Assembly: GCA_039930645.1 (NCBI GenBank)
Contig: JBDTTJ010000001.1
Coordinates: 2,554 to 66,553, forward strand
From: Acidobacteriota bacterium
GTDB taxonomy: Bacteria; Acidobacteriota; Thermoanaerobaculia; UBA5066
Direction: 5' to 3'
DNA length: 64,000 nt
How positions within the stretch are numbered: the first letter of the stretch is position 1; the number at the start of each line of letters is the position of its first letter. Positions 62,631 to 64,000 of the stretch are shown here, in pieces. The notes beneath the pieces are model-generated. The model was given only the letters and a program-made list of their open reading frames with translations, had not been told where the DNA came from and did not search any database. Position numbers and translations under genes: made by a program.

Positions 62631-64000
62631 GGCCGTCCCCCGGACGAGCGCTCGTCCTCGCGGATCTCGGCGAGAATCTGCTGGATCTCGAGGTGGATCG
62701 GCTGCCGGTCGAAGAGGAGCGATTGCAGCTCGGCGAGGATCTCGACGACCTCGGGCAGAATCCGCTCGAGCTTCTCTTCCCGGAAGAGCGGATCGAAATC
62801 GGCGGGACCGGCCGCGACCGAGAATCCCGGTACGCGTGTGACGAGACGGAGGGCGAGGAGAAGCGCCCGCTCCCAGAGTCCGTCCGGAACGGCGTTCGGC
62901 CGGCCGGGGCGGCGGTCATCCCGTCCCCAGAAAATCTGCGTCTTCGCGAAGGCCGGCGCCGCGTCGGGGGCGCGCTTGAGCAGGGTGGCGAGTCTCACGT
63001 CCCGCCGGGCCTCCGGCGGCGCCGTCGCCAGCTCCCGCCCGAGCCGGTCGGCCGCCTTGAGCGCTGCGCCGAGATCCTGCTCGTCGTTCCGGAGCAGCAC
63101 GCGAAGGAGGGAAACACCCAGCGCGTGGAGGTCGGTGGGCGTCCCGAAATCAGGGAAGACCCGGTAGCGGGCGCCGGGGAGCTTCGTGCCGAGCGCGAGG
63201 CGGAGGCGCTTGAGGCCGCTCTCCTCGAGCTCGAGCAGGTCGCTCGCGAACGCCGCCTCGTCCGAGCGCGTCTCTCCGGGCGTCGCCCGGACGGCCAGAC
63301 CCGTGAAGCCGAAGGCGAGAGTCGGGTCCGGCAGCGACACGAAGATCGTGTCGCGCGGCCGGGGCGAAGGGTAGAGGCCGTAGGGGTCCGAGAGGCGGCC
63401 GCGGAGCCGGAAGCGCCGCGCGGCGGTGCCTTCCTCGTCGATGTCGGTGAAGACGAACTCGCCCGGCCGGTAACCGGCGAGGCGGAACTCCTGCACTTCG
63501 GGGGCCGCGTACGGGACCGCGAGCCCCTGTCCGGGAAGGACGACCGTCGGGGATCCCGGCGCCGGGAGCGGCATCGCGGCGGCGGCGAGTCCGTGGATCC
63601 GGACCTGAAACGTCCAGAAGACCGGAAGTCCGTCTCCGGCTCCCGAGAGGTCGAACAGCAGGTGGCGCGGGTGGAGGTCGAGGTGCGGCCGGCCCGTGGC
63701 CCGGGTGTAGTCGATGAGCCCGTCGAGGACCTGCCGGAACACGGTCATCTTCAGGTAGAAGACCTCGACCGCGTCGAGGCCCGCGCTCTCGGAGGAAAAG
63801 AGCAGCCGCCGCGTCGGAGCCGGCGGCCGGACGAGCCACGCCCAGCGCGGGGGGAAGGCAGCGCCCGGCGTCGGGCCCTGAGCCCCGAGCTCCTCCCACG
63901 GCCTGCCGCCGAGAGCGTCCGCGAGCGCTTCGAGATCGAACGGCGCCGCCACGGTCAGGAGGAGCGGCGACCCGAAGAAGGTCAGGAACGCGAAAAGGTC
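62627..64000 (-). CDS. protein-kinase-like protein with degenerate catalytic loop (possible PpkA-like pseudokinase). 5' end beyond the window
   Basis: 'HLDLHPRHLLFD' (compare HRDLKPENILLD) and 'TDLHALGVSLLRVLL' (subdomain IX-like). The reading frame stays open to the window edge. Confidence 0.4.
   Translation of the reverse strand, partial: DLFAFLTFFGSPLLLTVAAPFDLEALADALGGRPWEELGAQGPTPGAAFPPRWAWLVRPPAPTRRLLFSSESAGLDAVEVFYLKMTVFRQVLDGLIDYTRATGRPHLDLHPRHLLFDLSGAGDGLPVFWTFQVRIHGLAAAAMPLPAPGSPTVVLPGQGLAVPYAAPEVQEFRLAGYRPGEFVFTDIDEEGTAARRFRLRGRLSDPYGLYPSPRPRDTIFVSLPDPTLAFGFTGLAVRATPGETRSDEAAFASDLLELEESGLKRLRLALGTKLPGARYRVFPDFGTPTDLHALGVSLLRVLLRNDEQDLGAALKAADRLGRELATAPPEARRDVRLATLLKRAPDAAPAFAKTQIFWGRDDRRPGRPNAVPDGLWERALLLALRLVTRVPGFSVAAGPADFDPLFREEKLERILPEVVEILAELQSLLFDRQPIHLEIQQILAEIREDERSSGGRP

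Noticed and set aside
1-64000. Scan for tRNA or rRNA genes, CRISPR arrays, IS elements and integrase/transposase ORFs
   Set aside because: No transposase- or integrase-like translation was seen in the track or in my reading of the sequence. No repeat-spacer periodicity was seen. No tRNA- or rRNA-like structure was recognised by eye, but no tRNA/rRNA search was run. The T6SS region shows no obvious mobile-element boundaries within the window.

Overview
This is a ~70% GC bacterial chromosomal window, densely coding, with no rRNA, tRNA, CRISPR or IS elements. The taxon is not determinable from sequence alone.

Gene content, left to right:
(1) 1-7.2 kb: a sigma54 enhancer-binding protein, then an RsbW/RsbV/RsbU-type partner-switching module (HATPase kinase, STAS antagonist, GAF-PP2C phosphatase), a tandem retropepsin-like lipoprotein and pcm.
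(2) 7.4-18.5 kb: one long minus-strand block. It holds agmatine deiminase and N-carbamoylputrescine amidase (aguA/aguB), a class-I disulfide oxidoreductase, a glucoamylase-like hydrolase, a selenocysteine-containing Tat-exported formate dehydrogenase-N operon (fdnG with in-frame TGA, fdnH, fdnI, fdhE), and a fused crcB-DUF190 tail.
(3) 18.6-28.1 kb: a Ser/Thr signalling island. It has two tail-anchored Hanks kinases, a membrane PP2C, a membrane FHA protein, a degenerate kinase-like protein, a YkgJ-type CxxCxxCC protein and two tandem paralogous proteins of unknown function.
(4) 30.6-64 kb: a complete type VI secretion system (tssA, B, C, E, F, G, clpV, vgrG, two hcp, tssJ, K, L, M, tagF, tagJ, an FHA protein, and a kinase-like gene running off the window edge). 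A VgrG cargo operon sits downstream of vgrG: DUF2169, a catalytically degenerate KAS-like protein, a DUF4150 PAAR-like protein, a candidate effector, a candidate lipoprotein immunity protein and a small gp5-like 'mini-spike' protein.

The most unusual element is a single-chain TssB-TssC fusion-like sheath paralogue (30624..32123) that lacks the ClpV-binding N-terminus of TssC.

Internal start coordinates were derived arithmetically from the ORF track. Many very long antisense ORFs in the track are GC-rich frame artefacts and were ignored.
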